From Dimorphilus gyrociliatus (lineage: Eukaryota; Animalia; Annelida), in NCBI GenBank assembly GCA_904063045.1, contig CAJFCJ010000007.1, forward strand, positions 1 to 64,000: a stretch of 64,000 nucleotides of DNA. Direction: 5' to 3'. Position numbers and translations under genes: made by a program. The notes beneath the pieces are model-generated. The model was not told the DNA's origin, did not search any database, and worked only from the letters and a program-made list of their open reading frames with translations. The stretch's first letter is position 1. Each line of letters begins with the position of its first letter. Below, piece by piece: positions 1-38,439 of this stretch.

Positions 1-23716
<23,716 letters not shown>

Positions 23717-24475
23717 TTTGAAAACTGTTAATCCTACCGCAATCTCTTCGCGAATTATGCTAAAACGCGGTAGTGAAAATGGCACTTGTTAAAACTTTTA
23801 TATGTACGGAGGAGGAAAAAAATCATTAAAACATGGTGCATTCGCATATGCCCATCTTACTTTTAAAGTATCTTTTGAGTGATAATTAAAAATGTTTTTT
23901 CAATCATTTGAGGCTATTCATTTTTATTTTTAACCGATGACGCGGCAGTAACAGCTTTCGAAATAGTCTTCATTAAATTTAGTTCAAGTAGTAATTGACG
24001 GTTTTAAACTAGGATTTAAATTTTTTTTGAAAACTTATTAACATTAATTGTACTACTTTTTGTAAAATATCAAGTACTTAACATATTACTTTTTTTATTT
24101 CATTTTTTTTAAAAAAAAAAAGAAAAACACAAGTACCAGTTTGTCTATTCAGCTGAATATTTAACAAGAAGTTATTTCTTATTAATAAATCAAGCCTATG
24201 AAAATTATTTATAATTATCATACTTTTATATATAATTAATGATTTTTAAATGAATAAACACAAATATAAGTTTTATTTAGTTGTTTTTTTTTATTTATTT
24301 ATGTAAATTGTTCACGTTACATTAAGCAGTTAAAAATGGACTTGTTATGTATAACGATAGTTATAATAACTCTTTTATTATAAGTGCTATAATCCATAAT
24401 AATTTAAAGTTCTTGTTTCAAATCAACTGTAAAACTTCTTTGAAAAATATCGGTTTTTTTCTTTGCCAAATGTTT

Positions 24476-26568
24476 TCAATAGTGCAGATACCATGAACTA
24501 TCTGTAGTTTTAAATGGATACTATTATAGATATTCAAAACAATATTATATATATATATACTGTATGTACTTACATGAATTTTGATGTAAATTTAAATTAT
24601 ACATATATGCTAAAGCATTTGATGCTGCTCTTGCTTTTGCAACTTTTTTATTCCTTCCGCCTCCCTGAAACAAAACAGTTTTAATAGTTTAAAATAATAT
24701 TTTTTCATCGTTCAGAATACAATTGAACTAAAGAAAGAAGATTGATTACCTGAAATGTTTTACCATTAACCAAAGCAGCCATAAGAAAGCTCTTGTTAGT
24801 ACCAATTCCGCTTTCAAAAATTAATTTATATTCAACTTTGGAGCACATTTCATTCAGAACGACAACAGGATTAATTTTCTATTTCGGCAAAGATAAATAA
24901 GTTAAATGGCAATCAATAAATATTAATAAATTTACTAACTTCCTCTTTATTATTATTTAAATTAATTGCTTTAGCACATTTGATTGGTGATTCAAATTCT
25001 GTTGAATTTGTAGCTGATGTAATAAATTCCTTATTTGTAAAATTTTCGTCAGTTGTGAAATCACCGTTTTTAACCGGTTTGTATATTGGGTGTTGTACAA
25101 TACTTTTGAGAGCATTTTCTGCCGCCTGAATAAGCATTTTAAATTATATTTAAGCTATATATATATCTTATTTATTACTTACATTTAACTTTGCGATTTT
25201 CTTATTACCGCCTTTTCCTTCGAATGTTTGTCCATTAATACTAAAGCTTACAACAAAAGTAGGCGCGTGAACTGGACCAGTTTGGCTTAGAACGGAAAAC
25301 TGAAGAAAACGAAAAGTCAAAATAAATAGTTTATAAGTATTTCATTTTGCGGATTGCGTAATAAAAGAGGGTTATAGTAATTTGACAAGTAGTGCTTTGA
25401 GAAGAACGGAAAATTGACAGAAGAGGATTATTAAATAAAATAGATATGACTTTGAATCTAGTATATTCCAAGGCTCTTATTTTCGAGATATATATATATT
25501 TCCTTTATATTTTATGTCTTTTTAACGTGGAAAAGACAGATAAGAATTTTATTTTTTAACATTCTATGATTCTCTATTTAAGTCTTTTTCGTATAAAACA
25601 TATAAATCAAATTTACTACGTTTTTGTTGGCTGGATAACCAAATTAAACCTTTTCGAGATATAAAAGAATAATAAAATTTACAGTTTTACTAAATTAACA
25701 ATCTCTAAAAGCATCTTGTTATCGAGATAGTCTTTTAATAGAACAATATTTTGACTTAAAGTGATTAAGGGGTGAAGAGCGTCTATCGGAATATGTTTTA
25801 CTTGAGCAATCAATAGGTTGAGTTTACTTCTAAATGATAAAACATCAAAGCTACGTGTCTAAAATATTATCCTGAAAACTCAAGGGACCATGATAAATAA
25901 TTCAAAAAAATGAAAAGCTTTGACAATTATCGACACCAAAAGTGAATAAAGAGACCAAAAACATTCTTATTATTCAATAAGGCTATCATTACCCTAATTT
26001 GCATATATTGAATTCTATAAAAAGGAGTTCTTTGTAAGTCTAAAAAAATATACTGTTGTTGAAAAAAAATATGCTATACAGCAAGAAAACGTTTGTAACA
26101 CTTTAGCATATGGTTCCATATGCTAGGAGTGGTAAAGTGAATAAAATAAGAAAAAAATCTTTAAAGCCAATTCTATATTTACATATAAATAATAGAAATA
26201 GAGGTTTAGAGTCATAGATGACAGATAAACAATAATGTAAAGGAAAAGGTAAGTAAAGAATCTCTCAAAATTTGCTATCATTTGTTTTATACGAAAATAA
26301 ATTGATCGGTCTAAAATTAAACGGATGTTTGCACGAATAAATCATGATTTTAAACCGGAAATAGATAGAATGAAAAAAAATTGTTAACATACTTGAGCGT
26401 TTGGCTTCAGTTCATTTAAAATTTGAACGGCGTTCTTATTTTTTGTGATATTTCCAACTTTTCGTTTTCCCCTCTTCCTTCTTGATTTAAAGTTTGTCAG
26501 TCTTTTTGTTCCCATCTTTTTAAATGGTTTTCTACTTCTTGGTACGTTTTCGGTTTTTCTAGATTCTT
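24476..26568 (-). CDS. ADAR2-like double-stranded RNA-binding protein with basic NLS-like stretch and two dsRBDs; no deaminase domain found (5' exon not located)
   Basis: Exons 26393-26568, 25183-25299, 24940-25125, 24750-24878, 24574-24664 and probably 24476-24501 splice in frame. They give SRRKRGKRK..KNAVQILNELKPNAQFSVLSQTGPVHAPTFVVSFSINGQTFEGKGGNKKIAKLNAAENALKSIVQHP..DFTTD..NPVVVLNEM..ESG..KSFLMAALVNGKTFQGGGRNKKVAKARAASNAL, which matches recalled ADAR2 dsRBD1 and dsRBD2. Confidence 0.82.
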
Positions 26569-29500
26569 CTGTAAGAAAGAAGTAAAAGAGTTATTTCTAA
26601 ACGATAAAGATATAAAGAAATAGTTATAGTAATGTTTTCGTTTTCATTTATTTTATTTATTAGTTATTTTTTGTTTTTATTAAAAAACACACATGTTTGA
26701 AAAAACTTTTATATCTCTACAGCTTGAACCGTTTAAATTGAAATAATACATCAATTAGGCCTAATTTGACTTTACAGGGTTTTATCTATTAATCTTAACA
26801 AGTTGTTTTTTTTCGTAAACTATTTGAATACATAGTCATGTGAGGCTAGTTTAGCGTTCGATATCTCGAATAGTTCTTGATTGAGCATTTTCGATTCTCA
26901 TGCCAGTTTTGCGATAATCAGCTATCGATTTATTGAAGAGGACGGGTAATGCTAGGCCTATAGTTTGTATTTCCCTTAACCAAATCGGACGAAATCAACT
27001 TGTCAAATGCAGGCTTTACTGTGGCCCCGATAAGCACTTTGTATGCATGCAAGCAGAAAATGGAGCTTGGGGATTGCTAGGTTTGGAATTGACTGGAAGA
27101 AATCTCCGTGGAAACGTAATTTTATCTTTGCTCCAATCGCTTGCGTAGTCACGACAGACAACATGATAGCTCTTTTTTTGTCTTATGTTCCAATTGCTTT
27201 TAGCATGAGTCTATTCTCTGCATTGAAAAGAGACAAATTGAATACTCTTAAGGATCAACTTTTTCTTTTATTTCAAAAGTGTCCTTTTATGAGCGGAATC
27301 ATAAGAATGACCTTTTTTCTTCTTCCTTTAATTTTCCGACTATTTGCCTATTATCCTCTTTCAGGAAGAGTCTTTTATATTTTCATGTAAAACTTTCTAT
27401 GAACGTTCCCAAAGACAACAACTACTCATTGTTTTCTTTTTCCTTAATAGAATATCTTTACAAGATAAAAACCGAGAGTCAGAAATTAATCAATATTTCC
27501 CAAAAAAAAATGCGCTCAGGGTATTAGACTAGGCTTACATGACCTACTGGGAAGAGGTCAAACTTATTCCTGCCTCAAAAGCTTTTTTTTTCCCTCTGAA
27601 CAAACTGTTGAGAGGAAAAACCAACAATTCAAATGTTCGTTAATTAAAAAAAATTAAAGACTTTTTTATTGATATTCCCTCTTCTCTTTTACTTTCCCTT
27701 TTCTCTTAATTAATTTTTTAAATATTCTATAAGGCAGAAAAGTATGAATAGTTTATTCAAAACCTTGATGCTCCCTAGTTATTGATCTGTCAAACTCAAT
27801 ACACTTTTTGAAAATTATATAATAAGTAAGGGCCTTTAGGAAATAGTTTAAAATTCTATGTAACCATCTCATAGTACTCTAAATACTCGCTTTCGACTCA
27901 CTTAAAAGCTCTCTCTCTCTCTCTCTCCTCTCGCCCGTTCCTGACTTTCAAATAACTTGTGAATAAATATACTTCGTTTCTCATTAGATTTCCTTTTTAT
28001 CGATAAATAAACTATTAAATTATCCAATTTTGTTATAAAATATACTTTATATTCACAGAATTACTAAACCTTGCAGAATATAATTTTTCTTTTTGCATTC
28101 CTCTATAAATATACCAAGCATTCTACACAGCAAAATGTTTTGTTAATATTGATAAAAACAAAACTAAAAGTAATGAGAAGTAGAAGAAAAAGTCGAAAGA
28201 AAATATAGGAGAAAAAGAACAAGAAAGACAGACAGAGAAATAGAATGAGAAGGGAAGTGAATAAGAGAGGGAAAGAGAGGGAGAGTTTTTTTTTGAACTC
28301 CTAAAAATAGAAATATAAAAGAAGATCTTTTTTAGAATTTAGACTGACATTGGTAAGTTTGTAGGAAGAAAGAAACTCAGAAAACTAGATAAATCTGCAT
28401 ATTACCTTGTTTTTTTTTTTACGAAAGTAATCCTTATATAGAAATAATCCAAATACGGATATATAATAAACTGGTATTATTAGAAAAAATACGAAATTAA
28501 TAAGATTTATTATAAAAAGAAATTTATACTCCTCCCTAATTTTATCTTTCTCTTTCTCTACTCTATACTCTTGTGTTTCTATCCAACTATCTAGCTATCT
28601 GTATCTTATTTCTTTCTCCCTCCCTTCTCTGAACTCTTTATTCCATTGCATCTTTTCTTTTCTTTGTATTATTAATTTTTCTTTTGTTAACCGTATAATT
28701 TAACGTTTTTCCCTATTCCTCTATTTTCGATCAGAAAATAATAAAAGAAGGAATTAAAAAATTTCCATATAAATTACATTGATATGATAGAGAGAAGGAA
28801 TATTTTTCATGGGGAAAAGGATTGAAAATAGATTCGTATTATCTACAGTATAATATATACAGTATATATAGTCTATATGTACATATATTTCGTAAGGCAA
28901 GTGTATATGCTTTGTACATTGAATAAATACATATATTTATATATGTATTATCCAGTTTGAAGGAATCACGCCCGTTAGCAACATTAAGAGAACGTGCTAG
29001 CAGAGATGTTCAGGGAAAAATTTCATCCTAGCTGTATCTAATTAAGCGTAATCATTGGATTTAAAGAGGTCGATGACTGCATACTTGGAAATGGAAAGAG
29101 ATCTTAGCAAAGCAATTTATACTGAAAAGATATTATATTTAAATTTTAACAGAATGAAAATTTAGTATAAAGTACTTAATTATTCTTCTTTTTATGAATA
29201 ACTTTATAATTCTTAACGAAATAGCCTAAGGCCAGCTCTTATGAAATTGGCCTAAGTTCGTCTTGCCTTCGGTTATACTATTCGAGCAATTTTATCCCTT
29301 TTATTAGCTTACTAAACAGTTGAGAGCCCTCTCGTTAGAGCTGATATTTGTCCAGTATTACTGGCTAGTTACCCCTCTTTCAACGACATTTGTCATGTAG
29401 GTTATCCTTTTAGGGAACAACATCATAAGGTTTCTCGAATATAAAGTAAAATAAATAATATAATTTAGAAAAGGAGGGCAAAATTTTAGAAAAATCCAAT

Positions 29501-32500
29501 TGCTATTGTTAAGTTATATACGTCCTTTGAAAAAGAGAAGAAGATTTAAAAAAGAGACGCTATGAATCTCTTGATTGATAGAAAAGTCTTTTTCATAGCC
29601 AGAAAAAAGTTCCTAATGCGTTTTGTTACTGTTATAAGATAAAATATACTTAAAGAAATACGATTCAGACAAAAACAGCTGCGGGTCCTTACTAACTTCA
29701 ATGAGTTACTAAAATTATTGCTGTTTCTATTTCTTAACCAAGTACGTTGTTTATTTCCACTTTAACCGTTATTCAACTATATATAACTACATTATTCCTA
29801 AAGGAGAAATCTATAACGATGTTTATCATTTTTTTCATTGTCTATTTATTTATTGCACATAACTAATATATAAAATATATTGAATAGTTTTCTTGAAGAA
29901 TTCGAAGATCTAATATGATTTATTAGCATTTATCTCTTATAAACCAATTCGGTAAGATACCAAAAGAAAAATCGTTGATGCATGCAAGAGAACGAGGCAA
30001 GTAAGCGAATCTGATTAATCTTCAATCAAATAGCCAAATACAGCAAAGAAAACGAAGAGATACATAAGTTTGGATATTTCGGTAAAAAGGGGCATTGAAA
30101 AAAATCCTTAGAGATATTTCAGCATTAAAGAAATTAGGTATAAAATGAAGGCAAGGCAAAAAAAACCACAAAACACTTATTTACTTACGTAGCCAAGAAG
30201 GAAATAGAAACTGCGTAACGACATTCACAGAGCAACTGCAATTTTAGAGATGCTGTCGATTTTGCAGTTGGAAAAAAAAACCGACTAGCGCGACTCCGTG
30301 CCGCTAGTGCATTTATAAATTATATATAACTACGTGATATACGTTTTCAGCGGCAAGCTTTAAAAGAGTTGAAAGCTTTACCAGTATAACTGACGCCCAA
30401 GAGACGGTCTTTTGCAAAATGCTTAGGAAAACTCGCGATAAACTCTTTGATGAATAAATTATACAATATGTATTCTATAAAAAAAAAAAATAGTCCATAA
30501 GAGTGATACTTACAACTGGATTAGTGTTTATAGCCAAAGATTACCTAAATATTGAATGATATATGAATAATCTACATAGTATCGATCAGAGAGGAATTGC
30601 TAATTAATAGGAAATTTTTACAAGTAAACACGCTACCTGATGTCATCATAATCATGTAGATTCCCGCAAATGCACCAATACGGCAATTATTGACAAAAGT
30701 AGCTTTTGTATAATTAGATTAATTGTTGTACTATTCGAAAATCTAAAGAAATAACAATAAAATTAATCGATTCCAACCAATAATTCTTAAACACAAGTCT
30801 ATCCATATTTGTAATCCAGTATGACCTCAATACTTGTGTGATAAACTCGCCTAAAAAACAGTTTCGGATAAATATAGGTTTTTTTTCTTAAGATGCCTTA
30901 AATAACAAGTTGAAAAAACTGACCATAAAATAGATTCAGTAACATCTAGTAATTTATATACAAACTCAAAAGTTAATTACTATATTCGTCTTGATTGCTA
31001 CTTGGTTAAAATTAGTATTCTTCCCCTTACACGTCATCAATTGAAAATAAAAGGTATTTGTTACTTGTTACTTTAACATAATGAAATAAGCAAAGAAAGA
31101 AACAGAACATATTTCTTTTTGACAATTAATATTACAAAATGCCTTATTCTCCAACCGGTGCAAGTATTATGTACATATAATGACATTATATATATATATA
31201 TGTAATATACTATACGTGTACAATATCTAAGCAAAGCTAGAGTATATGTCCAATATGTATAACAGTATTATTGATTTATTCTTAATCTGAGTAACAACAA
31301 ACTTTTACTTATTTAATTTCTATCAAGCTTTCAATATAAACAAAGCGTTTCAAATATAAAGTAAACATTTTTTGCCGTCTCTTTAGAGAAATGTCACAAA
31401 GAAGTTTTACAGATCAGGATAATTCCCAAATGATAAAGTTTTAGTGGCATTTCTAATTTCTTGTAATAAAAATTTTAAAAAGAGGAGATATGCATATATA
31501 AATTAAGAGAAAAGACGTGATTATCCTAATCTATTTTAATGTTTTTCTTCATGATTAAATATATCATTTTTCTTGTCTTTTCCCTAAATAGGAAAACTAT
31601 GATGAAAATTGACTTTTTTTAGTACTTTCTCTACTAAATATATAGTAAAGGGAAAATGTACGAAACCAGGCGTGCCCTTAAGATTTGCTTTTAACTTTGG
31701 GTATAATTGTAGACGTGGTAAAAAGGTCTTAATTGACTCTATAAGAAATTATTCTCCACGTTTTAAGTCAATTTAAGAAGGATATAAAAAAAACTAACAG
31801 AAACTTTTATTGATTTTTTTCTTGTTTAACTAAGAGAAATGATGAAAAAAATTTACTGTCATCTGTGATAAATATTCTGGCTAAATCTCAAAATGTATCT
31901 CTCTTGCCTATAAGGTTATTCATCGACTTTTAATACCTGGTGTTATGTTTTATATTGTCCTTGCTACAATTGAAACAAGAACTGAAAGAAGCACTTCATT
32001 TGACTATTGTCATGTATAGTGCAAGTGAATTGCCCCTACTGCAAAAATTATGCGATAATTTTGTTAAATATTTAACATTAAATAGAATTTCTTACGTAAT
32101 AGCCAAATCAATTAATAGAATTAAACAATAGGTAAAATATAAAAAGTAATTAATATTGAATATTGATAATTTCAATTGTTTTGTGAGTTTTATTAAATAG
32201 AGTCGATTTTCATAGTAGGAAGTGTAATGAAATAAAAGGCTAATTTGACTTGTAGTTCGTAATGAGAAGCAGTCAAGTCTTAAAAAAAATTAATTATTCA
32301 TCGAAGCATCAAAACTTATAGTGGAGAAGAGAATTCTTTTAATTATTAAACAAATTATGGCAAATAAAATACTTAAATAAAAATTGAATACTGACATTAA
32401 AGTTTCAAAAATTAAAACTATACTAAATAGTTTATAACTATTAGTTATTAAGTACTTTTTCCTTTTTCTTTCTCTCCCTCTCTCTCTCTCTCTCTCTCTC

Positions 32501-35399
32501 CCTCTCTCATACCTTCAGAATAGTATTTTATTAGTTTATTAAAATAGTACAATACTTAAGCAATCAACCATTAAATATAATTACTTCTAGGGTAAATCGA
32601 AAGTTGTTTTGCATGAAAGATCTTTGAAGGAATTCCTAATGAACAAACTAATTTTCTATGAGCTATAATATAGTATTGATTCATGATGGTAAAATTTCTC
32701 TCTACATCTAATGTATTGCACATACTATACAGAAAAGTATAATAAAATCTATTTAAATTTTGATAGACTATTCCAGAGTTATACTTTTTATATAACAGAC
32801 AATATAGACAATGAAATGCCTTGCCTGTTATTCTAGTTTAGTAATATTTTTGATTATTTTACTTAATTATATATATTTTCAAATATGTTTGCGTGTATAA
32901 ATATGGACAATAAGTAACGAACATTATTTTTGACAAACTCCTGCACCTTGTAGATGGAAATATCTCATTTCAATCGATTTCTATACTCAGTATGAGTGTA
33001 CATAAAAAGATTAGATGTACTTTGTTCATTTCTGTTATTTATCATTTCCCTTTTACTTTGTCGAAGTGAATTTAACAGCAGATGACATATTTATACTGAA
33101 TTTTTAATAAAATATAAAAAAACTAGGCAAAGTAATCTTTATAATTATTATTTGTCTGTCTAAATGTTCCATTTAATTTAAACTTTAATTTGAAGTACTT
33201 TTTTCAGGTTGACTGACCATAAAAAGGTTGAAAAAAGGTTAGGTGGCTGTCTCTTATCTTTTGAAGTTTCCTTTGTACTAATTTTTTTTAACTAGCTCAT
33301 ATTCTATGCTGTATATCTCTCTGTATCTATTTGTTTCTATCTTTATAACGATTCTCTCTGTATATCTTTTGTATACAACTTATTTTCGTTTTTTCTCTTT
33401 TCAAATATTGAGAATAAAATGTACCAGAAGCGCAAAATTCCGATATCGACTGTCTGTGCAATATTTTATATTATCAATATTTATTTGTACAAAGATACTT
33501 TCCGCTTTTATTTCGAAAAGTTTCGCTTAAAGGAGTAAAAATTTGAAAAGATGAAAGCTGTAATAAACAGCAAAAGCTGTCAGTTTTTCCAATAGAATAA
33601 ATATTTCAAATATTAGATAATTGATAAGTCAGGCGATTCTTTACATAGATGGAAAGTTTGCTCGGGGATATTCGCTTTTTATTAAAGCTGTTTGCTTTCT
33701 ATATCAAAGAACAAATCTATACATTAAATCAAGTACATATATATTAAATTACTTATATAACAATAATCATTTTAAATGCGACAAGCAATAGTTTAGTATT
33801 GATTTAAAAACATTTTATTTTCTGTTTGTTTTATGCAATGGAATAGATTGCATCGCTACTATGATTTCTAATATTATAAAATTTCAAATACTCTAAATTA
33901 TCTGATTGGAGTATATCGTCAGATGATATTAAATATATACAAGGAGCTTAACGATAGTTTACAAAGGATCACAAACTAATGGCGTTCTTTATAGACTGGT
34001 TAAATATATTTCGCATAAGATTTTATACATCTTTCCCTTTTTTTTTATATATATTTCTACATTTTTACTGGCAAACAGGCAAAACAAATTTACAGATTGA
34101 AAGGAACAAAACATCATAGATGAAGTATAAAGTAGTTGATTATTATTTTTGCCAGTTTATATGTTCTTGTAAGTGTTTCAATGTCATTCGTATGGTATGG
34201 TTAGAAAATAAATTGCTAATGTTGGACTGCATCTGGTTGTCTATAGTTGATTTTCTCACTAAGAATATAAAACATCATTCTATTCATCGTAATTAGATTG
34301 TAAAATACAATAAATCATGGGTCTCTAATTGAGAATCGTATCTTTTTATGTAAACTATGTAATCTAAAGTTTTACAAAAAAAATGGATAGGCTAAAAGCT
34401 TTTGTTCTGCTTATAGAACTCATATAGAGAAATTTATAAAGCTGTTTATTTGATTATATTTCTCATACAATCTCCTCCTCGTGTTTCTTCTTTACCCTTC
34501 ATACTATGTGTATGTCTCTCTCGTTCAAAGTCCTTTAAAGAGAATTTTAAGAGCTGAATAGCTTCTGCGCGCTTCTTGTATCATATTATAGTATCTTCCC
34601 TATTGGCAATTCTTTACGTAAAAATATTCAATAACTATTTCGCGCCTGAAGAAGCATATAAAAAATTAAGAATGTATACTTTATAGAAGAGTTATTAGTG
34701 AAAATGAACGAATAAAATACATTTACATTCATAACCAATTTTTTGCTTATTCTATGAAATATATAAGCAATTTTTTTCATGAAAACAAGCTACAGAGCAG
34801 CCAAAAATCGAATACAGTTTGCACTAAACTAATAAAGATTTTCCAGTTGTGCCAATCTCCACGAAATGAATAACGAATCAGCCCATCATTTATCATCGAC
34901 CGTCGCTACCGGTTTGTAATTGTTTGTCCAGCTTAATCCTACACAAGCCCAAATTTTCAATGAATATCTCTTCATTAACAACTATAATTATTACTGATTA
35001 TCATCATTACGACTGGTTTTAATATAGCCTAAAGAGAGGTTTTTGTTTACTTGATCAAATTTTTTTCGCATATGAATATTTTGTGAAACAAGATTCTCGT
35101 AAATTTCCTCACTTTATCAAATGAGTCATTCAATTTAAATATATAAACACAACAGAAGGGATGATATAACGTATCGGTCGTTAACAATAACGTCACCAAT
35201 TTAGGATAAAGAACAAATAGATAGTCTTTTTGAAAAAATACAACAGATGTCGCTTAGAGAGTAGCGTGTAACTTTGAGTAGTTTTAGAAGAGAACATTAT
35301 AGATTTGTTATAATTTTAAAGATACTAATCTCTAGATTTCTATTATTAAAATAACATAATTTCTCTTATCAAAATATAAAATTAATATTATTTATTAAA

Positions 35400-35468
35400 A
35401 GAGAAGAGAAGAGAATAGAGTGTGTGTGTGTGAGAGAGAGAGAGAAAGAGAGAGAGAGAAAGAGAAGG
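35400..35468. repeat. (GT)n/(GA)n microsatellite
   Basis: gaagagaagagaatagagtgtgtgtgtgtgagagagagagag... visible directly. Confidence 0.8.
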
Positions 35469-36417
35469 AATCAAACAACAGGAGCATTAATTTTTCGTAC
35501 TGAATTATAAAATATAATACAATTTGTTTAATGGAAGTATTATGAAAAAAAAGCGGGGCTGCATGGATTACGAATAGTAAGCTAAATAGAATAACCGAAG
35601 GTTCAAATTGAAGAATTGACGATAATCAGCTTCGGGAATTTATAGGGTAAAGCCGAAAATACCTCTATTTTCGTACATTAGAAGTTATGAATTTATAATT
35701 AAATCTTACTTAATAGAGATTCTTTGATCAATTCACATTTAAATATAACTTCTCTTCCAAACTACCAAGGTTTCTTAATATAAAATCATTAAATTTAATG
35801 AGATTAAAATATGTTAATTTGAATATGATATAATGTATGGATATACTTTGAATATATTACTATTAAATAGTCTAAAAGAAAACCCCTGAATTAAATAGAT
35901 GTAGTCTATATTGACGTCTTTTTACGAAATATTCCTTCATTTAATTACATAGCGCTTTTCAATTTCAACTTATAAAAAATATAGATTGAATTATCAAGAA
36001 ATATCATATTTTGTCATAAAAATAGAAAGTAAAGATTACAACTTGACTAACAATGTAACAAAGTAAAATCTAAGAAGAAGAATCATTAAAAATTGATCCT
36101 TATGACGCTGTTTTCTTACTTTGAAAAAAAACGGAAGTAAGTTTAAACTATAAGTTATCATTATGGTATCATATAGATATATAATTTCTGATCTATTTTT
36201 TCAATAAGCAGATAGTCCTTCACCTCTGAAATACAAACTCTTTTTTTTCTCATACATTGAAAATTGACAGTTGAGCGTAAAATTTAAAAAGACATAATTA
36301 CATTTAACGTTAGGCATTAATCTAAAATATACCGAAGAGTAGCGAAAGTAAATTAGGTGGAAGATTTACTATAGAAAAAGTCTCAATCTTTAAAAAATTA
36401 ATGATAAAAGCATAAAA

Positions 36418-36476
36418 GAGAGAGAGCGAGAGAAGAAGAAGAAGAGGAAAAAGAAGAAGAAGAAGAAGAAGATGAA
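36418..36476. repeat. (GA)n/(GAA)n purine microsatellite
   Basis: agagagagcgagagaagaagaagaagaggaaaaagaagaagaagaagaagaagatg. Confidence 0.8.
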
Positions 36477-38439
36477 ACAGAACAGATCCCCGATAGAATG
36501 AATATTATAATTTATAAAGGATAGTTTTCATCATTAAATTAATCGAATTATATTATTTTAGGATATAAAATAAATTACATTATTCTCCTTATCTTTATAC
36601 AGTGTTGCTAAAAATTTAATACTTTCCCTATATTAAAGTCGCATTTAATTCTTTGTAATAAACTTTATATAGTTTTATTTATGGATACATTTCTAATAGA
36701 ATAAACACTTACCGAATACTTCTTCTAGAATATTTTGTAGGTCATTATTTTCATTATGATGATGGAAATCCGTGCAAAATGGAGAAGTACCGAATTGAGT
36801 ATTGAAAATAACCTTTTGCCCAGACATGAAAGTGGTTTGTTGAGAAAAAAAATACAGCAATATCCTTAAGAGCTTCTGACGAATAGGTAATAAGCGAAGA
36901 AAAAAAGAGCTAATAAGTAAGTAAAAGTATATAATATATCAAGTATAGATCAAGGTTGAATGAGAAATGGAAGTAAGGAGAGATAGAGATCGAAAGGAGG
37001 AGGAGTAGAGATTGCGAGGGAGTGAGTGACAGAGTTTGTGAGTGAGAATGAGACGGAGAGAGTGTAGTGAGAGAGAGACGGACATACGGACAAAATAGAG
37101 AAAGCGAAGAAAGAGGGGGGTGGAGAGCAAAGAGGAAGAGGGTTGCAAGGAAAGGGAAAGCTAGTTAGAAATCGATTATCTAAAAACAATAAAATTATAG
37201 GAGAATCTTGTCAAACAACTATTTAAGCGTGATCATCGACTCAACTTTGTTTGCCTACTCGTATCGTTTCACTTCTTAAATATTGATTAGATCTGTATAA
37301 TTTCTTTTACGTAAAACTGCGAAAACTACATTAGCACTACAGCAAATACGACTAAAAGATACGAAAATACGTACAAAACTGAATGAAAAATTCACGGTTT
37401 GTCGCCGTGAGGGAATTTATTAATTTAATAACGCTTTGTTCTCAAGCTGCTGTTCATCACACTTTAAATGACGAATCTATAAAGATTTCATAAACTAATG
37501 AATAGACGACATTATACGTAAAAATAGTATTCTTATTACTTATCATACTTTTGAATACTAAATGATATTCTTGATTAATTTGAAATGAATTTTATGAATT
37601 TAAAGGGGCTAGAATATTTGTAGTAGGATAAGAAAAAAAAGGGTTACAATACTAATAATAGAAAAATGACCTAAAAGATTGCATCGTTTACCGTACGAAG
37701 CCCTTTTCTTTTTTATTTATACAGTTTTCCGATTCCTTAAGTTATATTAATGCATGCTTTTTCCGTTTTTCCCAAATGCTTAAAATAGAAACTTAATATA
37801 TATAAACTTGTCTATATACTGTTTGCTCATCGCTCTATGGCCTTATACTGTATATAATTCTTCTTTATAGTGTTCAATAGCCATTACGTAAAATATATAT
37901 ATACTATTTTTAAGTTATTCAATTATTTAAAAGCTATTAAAGAAAAGTACTTCTGTAAATTTTTGGTGTTCTTTTTTTAATAACATTTAACATTAATTGA
38001 CTTCTTTCACAGATTTCAATAAATATATGTCAAACATCAATAGCCATTTATCGATTTACTCTTTTTTTTCTAATCGATTATTAAATGATTATTCATTTTA
38101 AAATCGATATATTACTATTATTAACTTTTCTAAACTTAACTACCAAAATTTAATTATATAATAAAATTGTATTATTAAAAATTTCCTTAAGTACAATCTA
38201 TCTAAGGAGGAGGAGGAGCTGCAAAGGGAAAAAACGGAGAAACATTTCATACTTTATTTACAAGGGAAAAAGATATTAACACTTTGTATTTAAGCATTAA
38301 ATAAAAGATACTATAATCTAACAAAGAAGAATATAATAACTTGACCAAAACTATTGAAGACAACCTTCGCTTTTTCCTTCATAAATTTCATATAAACCAA
38401 GTAAAAACAGTTTTACTATAGTTGATAAAATAATTTCAG

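Noticed and set aside
36939-37189. Ser/Leu/Pro-rich ORFs of 69 and 79 aa
   Set aside because: They arise from a GA-rich low-complexity tract.
37385-37412. Small hairpin TCACGG..CCGTGA as a possible Helitron end or terminator
   Set aside because: Only a 6-bp stem with no CTRR terminus or other supporting features, so likely chance.
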